A stretch of DNA of 64,000 nucleotides from sequence record PZ347775.1; one strand, given 5' to 3'. Origin of the DNA: a phage. The notes below the pieces were generated by a model that was not told the DNA's origin, did not search any database, and saw only the letters and a list, made by a program, of their open reading frames with translations. Position numbers and translations under genes: made by a program. Shown piece after piece: positions 27,351 through 36,475 of this stretch (position 1 is its first letter; each line of letters begins with the position of its first letter).

Positions 27351-28195
27351 TCAACCGCTATTGGATGAATAGCATTAAACTTATGAAACGCTTCTGATTT
27401 TTCTTTGCGTGAAACACACATGCGAAGAACCTTTAATGGCTCGTCTTCTTCACCTAATGATTTTCGTTTTTCAATATTAGAAGTTTTCCAACGAGCTTGC
27501 TCTGGAAACTCTCTATTGATTTGCTCAAGAGCTCTATTATGTTTTGAATTACTACGAATTGAACTACATCCACCGGGGGCTTGTGCTTTTCCAGATACAA
27601 CTAGATATTTGAACAAGGCCAAATGCGGATAACCTTGATTAATTAAATTGAGAAATGCATACATATCTTCGCATAAATCAATTTTTCCATACCCAATTTG
27701 TTCTGTTGTAAGTTTTCCTAAATCATACCAGGTATTCGTGAATCCGTATGAATTTTCACGATAATTACCCCAAGATGAAGTAATTTTAAAAATAGGTAGA
27801 CGAGCATGACCATGATAATACCCGCAATCCATGGCATCTTCAACGTATTGAATCAATTCATAGAACTGTTCACGAGTTAACTGATTAATTTTATCTACGC
27901 AGCGACGATCATCTTTCTTTCGCATTGAACTCATACGAATAGTAGTATCATCATCAATCATCCAAATTCGTTGACCTGCATACATATCAGTAATTGCTTT
28001 ACGAGTTCCAGCAATTCCATTAACATCATCAGGAATAGTTATAATTTTAGCCCTAGACCCGTAAGCGTCATAATAAGCTTTTTCTTCATGTTCACGTACT
28101 ACAATATGAGGTTCATAATCAGTCGGAAACATATCAAGGGCAGAAACTGCCCCTACGCGTTGATAGCTTGGAATTACGAATTGAATCATTTCCAC
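27347..28195 (-). CDS. glycosyltransferase at the beta-gt locus (GT-A-like, DDD motif); candidate HMC-DNA glucosyl/gentiobiosyl transferase
   Basis: 282-aa ORF, IWMIDDDTTI DxD motif; does not resemble T4 beta-gt; occupies position between uvsX and 42. Confidence 0.6.
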   Translation of the reverse strand: MEMIQFVIPSYQRVGAVSALDMFPTDYEPHIVVREHEEKAYYDAYGSRAKIITIPDDVNGIAGTRKAITDMYAGQRIWMIDDDTTIRMSSMRKKDDRRCVDKINQLTREQFYELIQYVEDAMDCGYYHGHARLPIFKITSSWGNYRENSYGFTNTWYDLGKLTTEQIGYGKIDLCEDMYAFLNLINQGYPHLALFKYLVVSGKAQAPGGCSSIRSNSKHNRALEQINREFPEQARWKTSNIEKRKSLGEEDEPLKVLRMCVSRKEKSEAFHKFNAIHPIAVD

Positions 28196-28926
28196 TCACC
28201 GTTATAATCTTTTTTCGCAATATGGGTTTCGCCAGTTTTCCACCAATGGTCAACCAAATAAAAATGACGGGAATACACATGAAGGCTCCCGACATTCCAT
28301 ATAATGGAACCTGCTTTATACTGACGAGTTGAATCACCTGCATTCAAATCAGATACTAATTTATCTAGTACGTATTTTTGCCATGCATAATCATTACGGA
28401 ATCCGAAGACCACGTCATTTGAACGCATGTTAACCACTGCATTAATTTTCTTATCACGAATCAGGTACTGTACTGTATTAGTACACATGAAATCTGACAT
28501 GCCATCTTTATTGTAGTCAAATTGCATGGATGGACGAGTATAAATCATGATACCACGTCGAGAATCAGGATTTTGACCAAGTTCAGCTAAACACATATCA
28601 TATTGGGCATAGTTATCTTCTGACCAGATGGCCCAACCATAATTCGAGTTAATTTCGCCTTTAGAAGATGCTACCTGCTGCCAAATCTTTGGTGTTTCAC
28701 CTGGAATATCTTTAACAAACAGACTTTGAGACTTATACCATTCAAGTTCACGCTGAATGTATTCATCATTAAGAGCGCCAAAAATAAAAGGTTCATCTGC
28801 TACAAATGATGCACCAATAATTTCAATAGTTTTAACCCCGGTTTTATCAATTACGAAATCTTTTTCCTTTAATGCAAGACCCAAATCAAGACGGATTTCT
28901 TCAACTGTCATATAATCGTTAATCAT
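28186..28926 (-). CDS. 42: gp42 dCMP hydroxymethylase
   Basis: 246-aa ORF MINDYMTVEEIRLDLGLALKEKDFVIDKTGVKTIEIIGASF; T4 gp42. Confidence 0.93.
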   Translation of the reverse strand: MINDYMTVEEIRLDLGLALKEKDFVIDKTGVKTIEIIGASFVADEPFIFGALNDEYIQRELEWYKSQSLFVKDIPGETPKIWQQVASSKGEINSNYGWAIWSEDNYAQYDMCLAELGQNPDSRRGIMIYTRPSMQFDYNKDGMSDFMCTNTVQYLIRDKKINAVVNMRSNDVVFGFRNDYAWQKYVLDKLVSDLNAGDSTRQYKAGSIIWNVGSLHVYSRHFYLVDHWWKTGETHIAKKDYNGEWK

Positions 28927-29079
28927 TTAAACCTCAATTGATGCATTCATATTTAATTTGTAACAGTAATAAACTCCAACCTATAATAAGTGGCGGAATC
29001 ATAAGAGGAACTGTTACGCTATAGTATATACTTATTATAATCATTAAGATTAAAAGCAATACTGCTAAAATTTTGCTTT

Positions 29080-29331
29080 TCATTCCTTCTCTCTGATGAT
29101 AATTACTTGATTTGGCTGTGTTGACTTTTTAGTTTCACCGGCAATTGACCAAATAAATGTAATAAACCAACCAATGATTGACCAGTTAAACAGTAAAGAT
29201 GTGAAAAAGATTCCTACTGTCGATTTTGACCCACGCATCAAGGCGATGAACCAAGGAAGCATGTATATAATAATAGCCAACACGCCTGAAACTAAAACCA
29301 TAAAAATTGAACCTGCTACTAAAGTTTCCAT
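29080..29331 (-). CDS. imm: Imm immunity (superinfection exclusion) membrane protein
   Basis: 83-aa ORF with two TM helices; T4 Imm size and position. Confidence 0.85.
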   Translation of the reverse strand: METLVAGSIFMVLVSGVLAIIIYMLPWFIALMRGSKSTVGIFFTSLLFNWSIIGWFITFIWSIAGETKKSTQPNQVIIIREKE

Positions 29332-29338
29332 GTTTTCC

Positions 29339-29719
29339 TTACTTAGTCAAATTTTTTACACATGAATTATAAGAATTTACTACATACTCCATCGGAGCAT
29401 TTTTACCGGTACGCCATTGGTAATTATTAGCCCAATTTGCCCAAAGTTCAGCACAGTAGTTTTCAATTTTTTCTTCACGCGTAATCACATCTGAATTACG
29501 ATATGCTTGTGCAGATTCATCTGGACGAATAGCTTCGTCAAAATTCGCCTGCATTTGTTCTACTGTCTGTTTTGGAGCCTCTTTATAACACTTGACGTTA
29601 GGATTATAAAATTTGCTTGAACAGTTTACAATTTTTCCTACATCAGACTGATTTACTACTGGTCCTTGAGCTACACATCCAGTAAGACCCAATGCAATAA
29701 CCAAAATAGCGATTTTCAT
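29339..29719 (-). CDS. lipoprotein (imm.1 position)
   Basis: 126-aa ORF; signal peptide with lipobox LTGC. Confidence 0.6.
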   Translation of the reverse strand: MKIAILVIALGLTGCVAQGPVVNQSDVGKIVNCSSKFYNPNVKCYKEAPKQTVEQMQANFDEAIRPDESAQAYRNSDVITREEKIENYCAELWANWANNYQWRTGKNAPMEYVVNSYNSCVKNLTK

Positions 29720-29729
29720 AATAATTTCC

Positions 29730-29966
29730 TCAAATACAAGTAGTAATTACTCCAGTAGTGCTTACACAGGTATTACCTAATTGAACACCCAGCGTTCCAT
29801 TAGTATTCATATGAAGATTATCATCAATTTTTGTTGATACTTTACCATTCATGTGAATAATAGTATTAGATTCAATCACATTCTGAGTGTCATTTTCAAT
29901 ATCAATAAATGGAACAGTTGCTAATGCAACTAAACACACTGCTAAACAACCATAAACAATTTTCAT
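29730..29966 (-). CDS. small exported protein (78 aa)
   Basis: ATG at 29964-29966 after GGAGAATAAA cassette; N-terminal signal-like hydrophobic segment; track ORF runs through promoter. Confidence 0.5.
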   Translation of the reverse strand: MKIVYGCLAVCLVALATVPFIDIENDTQNVIESNTIIHMNGKVSTKIDDNLHMNTNGTLGVQLGNTCVSTTGVITTCI

Positions 29967-30000
29967 TTTATTCTCCAAATCCGTATCAGTTGATAGTTGT

Positions 30001-30030
30001 ATAGTATCATGGAAGAACGGGAATGTAAAC
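30001..30030 (-). promoter_or_regulatory. T4-type early promoter
   Basis: -35 GTTTAC (30025-30030), 18 nt, -10 TACTAT (30001-30006). Confidence 0.5.
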
Positions 30031-30118
30031 AGTTTTGTGAAAAAATTTTTAATGAATTTACAGGACCTAGAATCATCTATTTTTCCTAAGTATAGATTTA
30101 TATTACTTGTATGAAAAA

Positions 30119-30134
30119 GGGACCCGGAGGTCCC
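30119..30134 (-). terminator. hairpin downstream of gene 43
   Basis: gggacc-cgga-ggtccc followed on minus strand by U-rich sequence. Confidence 0.5.
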
Positions 30135-30147
30135 TAGATTTATTCTA

Positions 30148-32844
30148 TCAGCCAAACAGGAAGTCTAACGAAGCTTTTTCCTCATAGTCCATACCTGCCG
30201 ATTCACACATACCCGCAAGCGGTTTAACAAACGATTTTTGGAACAAAGTTGAGTAGTCAATCCAAGACAGCACGTCAGAACGAATTTCTTTTGGAAGTTC
30301 CGTACCCGATGGCCAAGCAATGCACTTGTCACCAAATGGATTTCCTTCACGTAATGGAAGAACCATTACCTTATTTCCATCCAAAATTGGAGCTACACCT
30401 AAACCGCTAACAGCTCGACGATAAGTTAGCACACCACGAATATGGAACGGACATTTAAATCCTGGCCAACCTTTATCATCATATTTCGCTATATCGTTCG
30501 CAGTTTTTACTTCAGCAATAACTTTATAGTCAAGTTGACGATATTCTTTCTCAAAGTTCTTGTAGTATTCTTGGACAGACTCTTCGCCTTCCTGAAGAAT
30601 ACGACGAATACTTTCTTCGAGAGCTTCTTGTACTGCTTTTGGTGTTGAGCTCTGCTGAGTTTCCATACCCATGATTTTTAGATGCGGTTCGGCAAATCGC
30701 TTATCTTCCATATCATAAACGTTCAGAGCATAACGTTTTTTCGCTTTCCAAAATCCACCAACGCCCTTTGAACCAAGCGGAGGGCAAGAAATAGCTTCAC
30801 GGTCCATATGCATCAGATGCTCGCGGTTATTCATATAATCACATAACTCACGATATGCAACATCAATCATAGGTTCCATCTTTTTCTTACCAAACTGATT
30901 CATGAATTCAACTAAATCATTTTGTTCTTTAAAGCGATCAAGACCTACTTTTTCAATAACTTTATCTACACAAACATATACCGAATCAGTATCACCTGCT
31001 GCGATGAAATCTTCACCATTAGTTCCACATACTTTATTCAGATATTCATTAATTTTGCGAGCAATCCACTGAATACCAACTTGTCCAAAAATCGTGATAG
31101 CAGTAGCATTTCGCAAATCATAGTAGCGGAAATGAATATTACCAAGAGCACCATAAAGACTGTTGATAAGAATTTTACGGTTCAGCTGATTTGTGTTAGC
31201 AAGTGTAGCTGCTTTTTCACATTCTTCAATCAAACTATTGAGAACAGATTCAGTATAATTCGATAGTTCATTTAAGAAATCATCACTGAACTTAACATAT
31301 CGTTCAACTTCAGGTTTAGTTGAACAGGACCCTGCACCTTTCATAATAATCTTTTTAATAGCTTCGGCATTCATTTCTTCGGCGAACATTTTCTTTTTCC
31401 AATCTTTACGCTGGAAAAATACTTTAGCGATTTCCTTTGGAATGATACCTTCTTGATGCTTATCATACATCCATCCATTCGGAGAACATGAATACTCATC
31501 ACTTGGCTTAGGAGCTGTTCCTGCGATATATTCATGAATTGGATGAACTTTAAACTGTCCACGAATAGTCTCAGGACTAATGTTAACCTGACGAATAATG
31601 CTAGGATACAGAGACGTCAAGTCAAAACTCATAATGTATCGACGAGCAATTGGTTTAGGTTCAAACACAAATGCACCCGGAAAACTCTGTTTAACGTGTG
31701 AACCTTGTTGAGGAATAACCTTATGTTCACTTTTCAACGAGTTAAAAATAATAGCATCCCAAGTTTTAATAGGACTCATTACACCAGAAAAAGGCATTTT
31801 AGCATAATAAGACATACTTAAAACTAGATCGATAAACCCACGAATTTTATCAATTGCTTGAACTGATTCTACGTCAATAATGTTATAACTAATGTATCGT
31901 TGATGATTAGTCTCACGAAGTTTATTAATAGGACCATCGTACGGCAATTTACCTTTTTTGGTTTCATGTTGAGCAACTGATTCCAAAGAGAATGATGGCA
32001 AATTAGTAAATGCGAATTTCTTGTACAAATCTAAATAATCAAGAATAGATACGCCATCAATAGAATAAATTTCTTTGCTACCGTACATATTTTGAATTAG
32101 TTTAGATTTTACTCGACCGATTGGAGAGAAGCGTTTCATACTGCGTTCGCCCAGAACCATTTTAACACGATTCATGATATACGGAACGTCAAATCCCTCA
32201 ATATTCCAACCAGTAAAAATAGCAGGTCGTTTCTGTTCCCAGAGATTAATATATTCCATGAGCATATCACGCTCATTATCAAATGGCATATAAATTACTC
32301 GGTCAAGAATTTCTTGAGGAACTTCATCACCACCTTCACAGTCAAGTTTAGCAGCTAACTTTGCATCCCATTTTGATACTGAACCGTACATTGAATTCAA
32401 CAAATCAAAGACGTAAAAACGGTCGTCAATTGAATCATAATGAGTGATAGCATCAATTTCATATTCTGCTTTCATTGGGTCAGGAAATTTATCGCCAGTA
32501 ACCTCAATGTCACAGTTAGCTACACGAACAAATTTTCGGTCATAAACAATTTCTGAACCATATGTATCACTGATATAAGCGAGTTTAAAATCGTTCATAC
32601 CGAGAGCTTCGAGACCGATGTCTTCCATTCGTTTCATCCAATCTCGGGCATCTTTCATTGATGGAAATTTTTGAGGAGCACAGTTTTTACCATAAATGTC
32701 TTTGTATTTTGACTCTTCCTTACAATGCCTAAACATAGTCGGAAGATATTCTACTTCGCGAGTACGTTCCTTTCCGTTTTCATCAATATAACGTTCAACA
32801 ATGCTATTTCCGACTGTTTCAATAGAGATATAAAATTCTTTCAT
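30148..32844 (-). CDS. 43: gp43 DNA polymerase (family B)
   Basis: 898-aa ORF MKEFYISIETVGNSIVERYIDENGKERTREVEYLPTMF; exo and pol motifs (DTDS); T4 gp43. Confidence 0.97.
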   Translation of the reverse strand: MKEFYISIETVGNSIVERYIDENGKERTREVEYLPTMFRHCKEESKYKDIYGKNCAPQKFPSMKDARDWMKRMEDIGLEALGMNDFKLAYISDTYGSEIVYDRKFVRVANCDIEVTGDKFPDPMKAEYEIDAITHYDSIDDRFYVFDLLNSMYGSVSKWDAKLAAKLDCEGGDEVPQEILDRVIYMPFDNERDMLMEYINLWEQKRPAIFTGWNIEGFDVPYIMNRVKMVLGERSMKRFSPIGRVKSKLIQNMYGSKEIYSIDGVSILDYLDLYKKFAFTNLPSFSLESVAQHETKKGKLPYDGPINKLRETNHQRYISYNIIDVESVQAIDKIRGFIDLVLSMSYYAKMPFSGVMSPIKTWDAIIFNSLKSEHKVIPQQGSHVKQSFPGAFVFEPKPIARRYIMSFDLTSLYPSIIRQVNISPETIRGQFKVHPIHEYIAGTAPKPSDEYSCSPNGWMYDKHQEGIIPKEIAKVFFQRKDWKKKMFAEEMNAEAIKKIIMKGAGSCSTKPEVERYVKFSDDFLNELSNYTESVLNSLIEECEKAATLANTNQLNRKILINSLYGALGNIHFRYYDLRNATAITIFGQVGIQWIARKINEYLNKVCGTNGEDFIAAGDTDSVYVCVDKVIEKVGLDRFKEQNDLVEFMNQFGKKKMEPMIDVAYRELCDYMNNREHLMHMDREAISCPPLGSKGVGGFWKAKKRYALNVYDMEDKRFAEPHLKIMGMETQQSSTPKAVQEALEESIRRILQEGEESVQEYYKNFEKEYRQLDYKVIAEVKTANDIAKYDDKGWPGFKCPFHIRGVLTYRRAVSGLGVAPILDGNKVMVLPLREGNPFGDKCIAWPSGTELPKEIRSDVLSWIDYSTLFQKSFVKPLAGMCESAGMDYEEKASLDFLFG

Positions 32845-32862
32845 AGATATTCCTTAGTTTAT

Positions 32863-32881
32863 AGCCCGAGTTATTAGGCTC
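32863..32881 (-). promoter_or_regulatory. gene 43 translational operator hairpin (autogenous repression site)
   Basis: Minus-strand RNA AGCC-UAAUAACUCG-GGCU hairpin immediately 5-prime of gp43 SD, as described for T4 gene 43. Confidence 0.45.
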
Positions 32882-32902
32882 TTGATATATTATACTCCAA
32901 AT

Positions 32903-32920
32903 AAGGGGCCGAAGCCCCTT
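32903..32920 (-). terminator. UUCG-tetraloop hairpin
   Basis: aaggggccgaagcccctt between regA-proximal ORF and gene 43. Confidence 0.45.
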
Positions 32921-32922
32921 GC

Positions 32923-33186
32923 TTAAATTAATACCATTTGTCGGTGAAAAATTGTCAATCCATCTGCATTAATTGACTTAACCACTGCGGTAAAGTGTTT
33001 TTGTTCTGGGTGAACTAATTTTTGAAATTCTACCTGAAATTTTAGTTGGAGATTTTCTGGTAAATCAAAAAGTGTTTCTGTTGCAGAAAGATTATATTTT
33101 TCTTTAAGAGACGCCATGTATTCTTGCGGGGTTATAGCAGTCATATTAATTACCAATCGTATATTTTGGAACGAGTTTCCATTCAT
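32923..33186 (-). CDS. hypothetical protein (up to 87 aa)
   Basis: ORF between regA and 43; start uncertain, overlaps regA end. Confidence 0.35.
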   Translation of the reverse strand: MNGNSFQNIRLVINMTAITPQEYMASLKEKYNLSATETLFDLPENLQLKFQVEFQKLVHPEQKHFTAVVKSINADGLTIFHRQMVLI

Positions 33187-33514
33187 GTTTTTGTTTAAAA
33201 GAAATAACTCGGAAGTTATTGGTTAAATCTTTCATAAAAGTTCTTTGACCAGGAACGATTTCAATCAGCCCCCAATCTTCTAACAGCCATGCAATCGAAT
33301 CACGACGAACTTCATCTTCTTCTGTCATTTCAACCTGGCGACCATCCATACGAAGCATTTCTTTAAAATGAACGATATAGTATAGTCCTTTTTTCTGAAG
33401 AATATGACAGGACTGATACAGAACTTTATCTTTATTATTAGCAATTCCCATACGAGTCAGAGTTTCTTTAACTTTCAGAAAATCTTCAGGTTTTTTAAGA
33501 GTAATTTCAATCAT
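33146..33514 (-). CDS. regA: RegA translational repressor
   Basis: 122-aa ORF MIEITLKKPEDFLKVKETLTRMGIANNKDKVLYQSCHILQKKGLYYIVHFKEM; T4 RegA. Confidence 0.92.
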   Translation of the reverse strand: MIEITLKKPEDFLKVKETLTRMGIANNKDKVLYQSCHILQKKGLYYIVHFKEMLRMDGRQVEMTEEDEVRRDSIAWLLEDWGLIEIVPGQRTFMKDLTNNFRVISFKQKHEWKLVPKYTIGN

Positions 33515-33515
33515 T

Positions 33516-34079
33516 TTACCATTCCAATGCTAGTTTTTTGAGTTGTTTCTGTTCTTTTACGTTCTTAGTCACTTCTTTCAAAAAATCATCCGTGACTAAA
33601 CCTTTTAGTTCTTTTAATACTAAAGGAAGTTTTCCATTTTTAGTAAGAATTGATTTATAGTTAATTGCATCATTTGTATTAACTTGATACCGCTTAGCAA
33701 GTAACTTAATAATCAATACTTCAGTAGAATCTTCGACCAGTTTTGCCCATTTACCATATCTTTTACCCCGAGGAACAGCAGCCATCAGGTAATTAAAATG
33801 GGCTTCATCGCTTAAACCTGATCCAATTAAATTCATAGCATATACAGCTGGCATGCATTCAGGAAATTGTGATAATGCATTCTCAACCATGTATTTTGAA
33901 TAATCTTTTTGAGCAATAGAGCATTTAGTTTTATTATTAATAGCTCCAATTATTTCAAAAAATTCATTTTCAGCTTTTTCTTTAAAAGAATCAGCAGCAG
34001 ATTGGACAGCTGTCCAATCTTTTGAATACCAAGCAACTTGATGCTCGTTTAATTGAATATCATCTTCAAATAAGCTCAT
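33516..34079 (-). CDS. 62: gp62 clamp loader small subunit
   Basis: 187-aa ORF; T4 gp62 size; synteny. Confidence 0.9.
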   Translation of the reverse strand: MSLFEDDIQLNEHQVAWYSKDWTAVQSAADSFKEKAENEFFEIIGAINNKTKCSIAQKDYSKYMVENALSQFPECMPAVYAMNLIGSGLSDEAHFNYLMAAVPRGKRYGKWAKLVEDSTEVLIIKLLAKRYQVNTNDAINYKSILTKNGKLPLVLKELKGLVTDDFLKEVTKNVKEQKQLKKLALEW

Positions 34080-34080
34080 A

Positions 34081-35040
34081 TCACTTCCACTGCATTTCGC
34101 ATGCTAATTGAATGAAAAGATATGCTAAATGTAATTCCGTATTAGCCGCAATTCCATGATACTGGTTATTTTCACCAACAATTTCATACATACGAATAAT
34201 ACTTTGCGGAGTTACGCGTGTATAGATTTCTTCGGCAAGTTTACCTACGAACCACGAATAATCAGCTGCATATTTTGGTGCTAAAGCTCTGAGTTGTTTA
34301 ACATCTTTATTTTTGAGAGACTCAAGAACATCATCAATAGCACCACGATCGTTAGTAACCAGTGATAAAATACCAGCATCCAAAACACCTTTAGATGAAT
34401 AACTATCGAGCTCACCAATAGTTTTACGAAAATCAGGAAAATTCTTTTTAACCAAAGCTGCTACAACTTTCATATCAGCTATAGCAATTCCTTCATGCTT
34501 ACAGATTTCAGTCAATCGACGAATCATCTGCTTCATCATTTCAATTTTATCTTCATCGGTCGGTTGACCGAACGTAATAACTCGGCAGCGTGACTGAAGC
34601 GGTTTAATAATACCATCAATATTGTTAGCAGTAATAATAATACTACAGTTTGAACTATAAGCTTCCATAAAGGAACGAAGATGTCGCTGAGACTCTGCTA
34701 ATCCTGAACGGTCAAATTCATCAATAACAATTACTTTTTGACGACCATCAAATGAAGCTGCACTAGCAAAATTAGTCAAAGGACCGCGAACGAAATCAAT
34801 TTTACAATCTGACCCATTCACAAACATCATATCAGCATTTACGTCATGACACAATGCTTTCGCTACGGTTGTTTTACCTGTTCCCGGAGAAGGAGAATGA
34901 AGAATAATATGTGGAATCTTACCTTTACTTGTAATAGATTTAAAGGTTTCTTTATCAAAGGCGGGAAGAATACATTCATCGATAGTAGATGGACGATATT
35001 TCTGTTCAAGAATGTGTTCTTTTTCATTTACAGTAATCAT
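34081..35040 (-). CDS. 44: gp44 clamp loader ATPase subunit
   Basis: 319 aa from [25 protein letters not shown]; Walker [11 protein letters not shown]; T4 gp44. Confidence 0.93.
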   Translation of the reverse strand: MITVNEKEHILEQKYRPSTIDECILPAFDKETFKSITSKGKIPHIILHSPSPGTGKTTVAKALCHDVNADMMFVNGSDCKIDFVRGPLTNFASAASFDGRQKVIVIDEFDRSGLAESQRHLRSFMEAYSSNCSIIITANNIDGIIKPLQSRCRVITFGQPTDEDKIEMMKQMIRRLTEICKHEGIAIADMKVVAALVKKNFPDFRKTIGELDSYSSKGVLDAGILSLVTNDRGAIDDVLESLKNKDVKQLRALAPKYAADYSWFVGKLAEEIYTRVTPQSIIRMYEIVGENNQYHGIAANTELHLAYLFIQLACEMQWK

Positions 35041-35071
35041 AATTTCCTCATTCAAGTTTAGTGTAAATTAT

Positions 35072-35089
35072 AAAGGGCCGAAGCCCTTT
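35072..35089 (-). terminator. UUCG-tetraloop hairpin
   Basis: aaagggccgaagcccttt between genes 45 and 44. Confidence 0.45.
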
Positions 35090-35090
35090 A

Positions 35091-35777
35091 TTAAAAGTCG
35101 TGGGTAGAATCAGCTTCAAGAGCTACTACATAATTCGCATGTTCACCTTCAAATTTAGCAGCGCCTTGTTTACCTTTTGCCCAGAGAAGAAGTTTATAAT
35201 TTCCTGGTTGCATTTTCATATTTGCCATATTGATAATGAAATTAAATGTATTTTCACCATCATAATCACCAAGAGTCAAAGAATATTTAACACGGGTCAA
35301 AGCAGAATCTTCTACTTTGTTAAAACCGTTAATTACAATTTTACCTTCTTTTACTGTGATAGCAATTGTATCAATCTGCAGACCGCGAGATACACGCAAC
35401 AGCTGTTGAAGGTCTTCAGCTTTAATTTCAGTAACAACAGATGCTACCGGGAATGGAATTGGTTTATTAGGAGCAACTACTGTACTCGGATCGGCTGCTG
35501 GCCAAAAAATTGTTGAACGAGCATCAGCAATTTTAATATTACCATCTTCTGACTGGGAAATTTCTGCATCATCATTAACTAGAGACAGAATACCGAGAAA
35601 ACCGTTCAAATCGTAAATCGCTACATCAAAATCAATAGTGTCAGAAATATTTGCTTCTGCATAAGTTGTACCATTAACCGCGCGAGTCATAATAAATTGA
35701 CCGGATTTAAGCATAATACCAGAGTTAATAGTAGCGAAATTTTTAAGCAGAGCAGTAGTATCTTTAGACAGTTTCAT
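35091..35777 (-). CDS. 45: gp45 sliding clamp
   Basis: 228-aa ORF MKLSKDTTALLKNFATINSGIMLKSGQFIMTRAVNGTTY; T4 gp45. Confidence 0.95.
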   Translation of the reverse strand: MKLSKDTTALLKNFATINSGIMLKSGQFIMTRAVNGTTYAEANISDTIDFDVAIYDLNGFLGILSLVNDDAEISQSEDGNIKIADARSTIFWPAADPSTVVAPNKPIPFPVASVVTEIKAEDLQQLLRVSRGLQIDTIAITVKEGKIVINGFNKVEDSALTRVKYSLTLGDYDGENTFNFIINMANMKMQPGNYKLLLWAKGKQGAAKFEGEHANYVVALEADSTHDF

Positions 35778-35832
35778 GTAATTTCCTTCAATTCAAATGA
35801 GATTTAATTTTATAACTAATTTAATAAAGCAA

Positions 35833-36222
35833 TTAACGATTAAAATCAGCAGCAATTGTTTCCGCAACAATTTGAGCAGCAACAATTAGACGTTCATCTG
35901 CATTACCACAATAATCGTCTTCAAGGCGTTCACCACATGAAGTCATAATAAATTTGGCACCAGCGTTTAGAGATTCTGCCGTATGTTTGCGCATCAGTTC
36001 AATCCATTTATCACTCACTTCACGATCGATAGCTTCATAATACGCATGACGAGCAGGTGCAGATTTAATTTTATTCTGAATAACTTCCATTGCGTTATCA
36101 GAAAGAGACAAAACCCATGCTCGACGAATTTTATTTTGGTTTTGCGGATTTGATTCAGAACGCACGTGTTTTGGCTGAATATCTTTTACATCAACAGTAT
36201 AATTCACAGTAATTTTAGTCAT
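35833..36222 (-). CDS. rpbA: RpbA RNA polymerase-binding protein
   Basis: 129-aa ORF at rpbA position upstream of gene 45. Confidence 0.7.
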   Translation of the reverse strand: MTKITVNYTVDVKDIQPKHVRSESNPQNQNKIRRAWVLSLSDNAMEVIQNKIKSAPARHAYYEAIDREVSDKWIELMRKHTAESLNAGAKFIMTSCGERLEDDYCGNADERLIVAAQIVAETIAADFNR

Positions 36223-36231
36223 AATACACCT

Positions 36232-36420
36232 TTAGTCATAATAATCAGTAACAGTCCAAGCTTCATTTCTGTTGGACATTATTTTCGTATATTCTGATTT
36301 AAATGCATTCTTAAGCATAGATTCAGTAACTATATGCTCTTCATTAGAAAAATTATTTCTCAGAATATATCGTTTTATTTCAGGAATAGTTAATAGATGC
36401 TGTCCAGTTGAATATTCCAT
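36232..36420 (-). CDS. hypothetical protein (45.2 position)
   Basis: 62-aa ORF. Confidence 0.5.
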   Translation of the reverse strand: MEYSTGQHLLTIPEIKRYILRNNFSNEEHIVTESMLKNAFKSEYTKIMSNRNEAWTVTDYYD

Positions 36421-36475
36421 GTTTTTCCTCCATAGAGATTATACTCTAATAAATTAAAGCATAATCTCTTATAAA

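Noticed and set aside
35100-35516. Plus-strand 138-aa ORF
   Set aside because: Entirely antisense to gp45; low-complexity translation; no SD.
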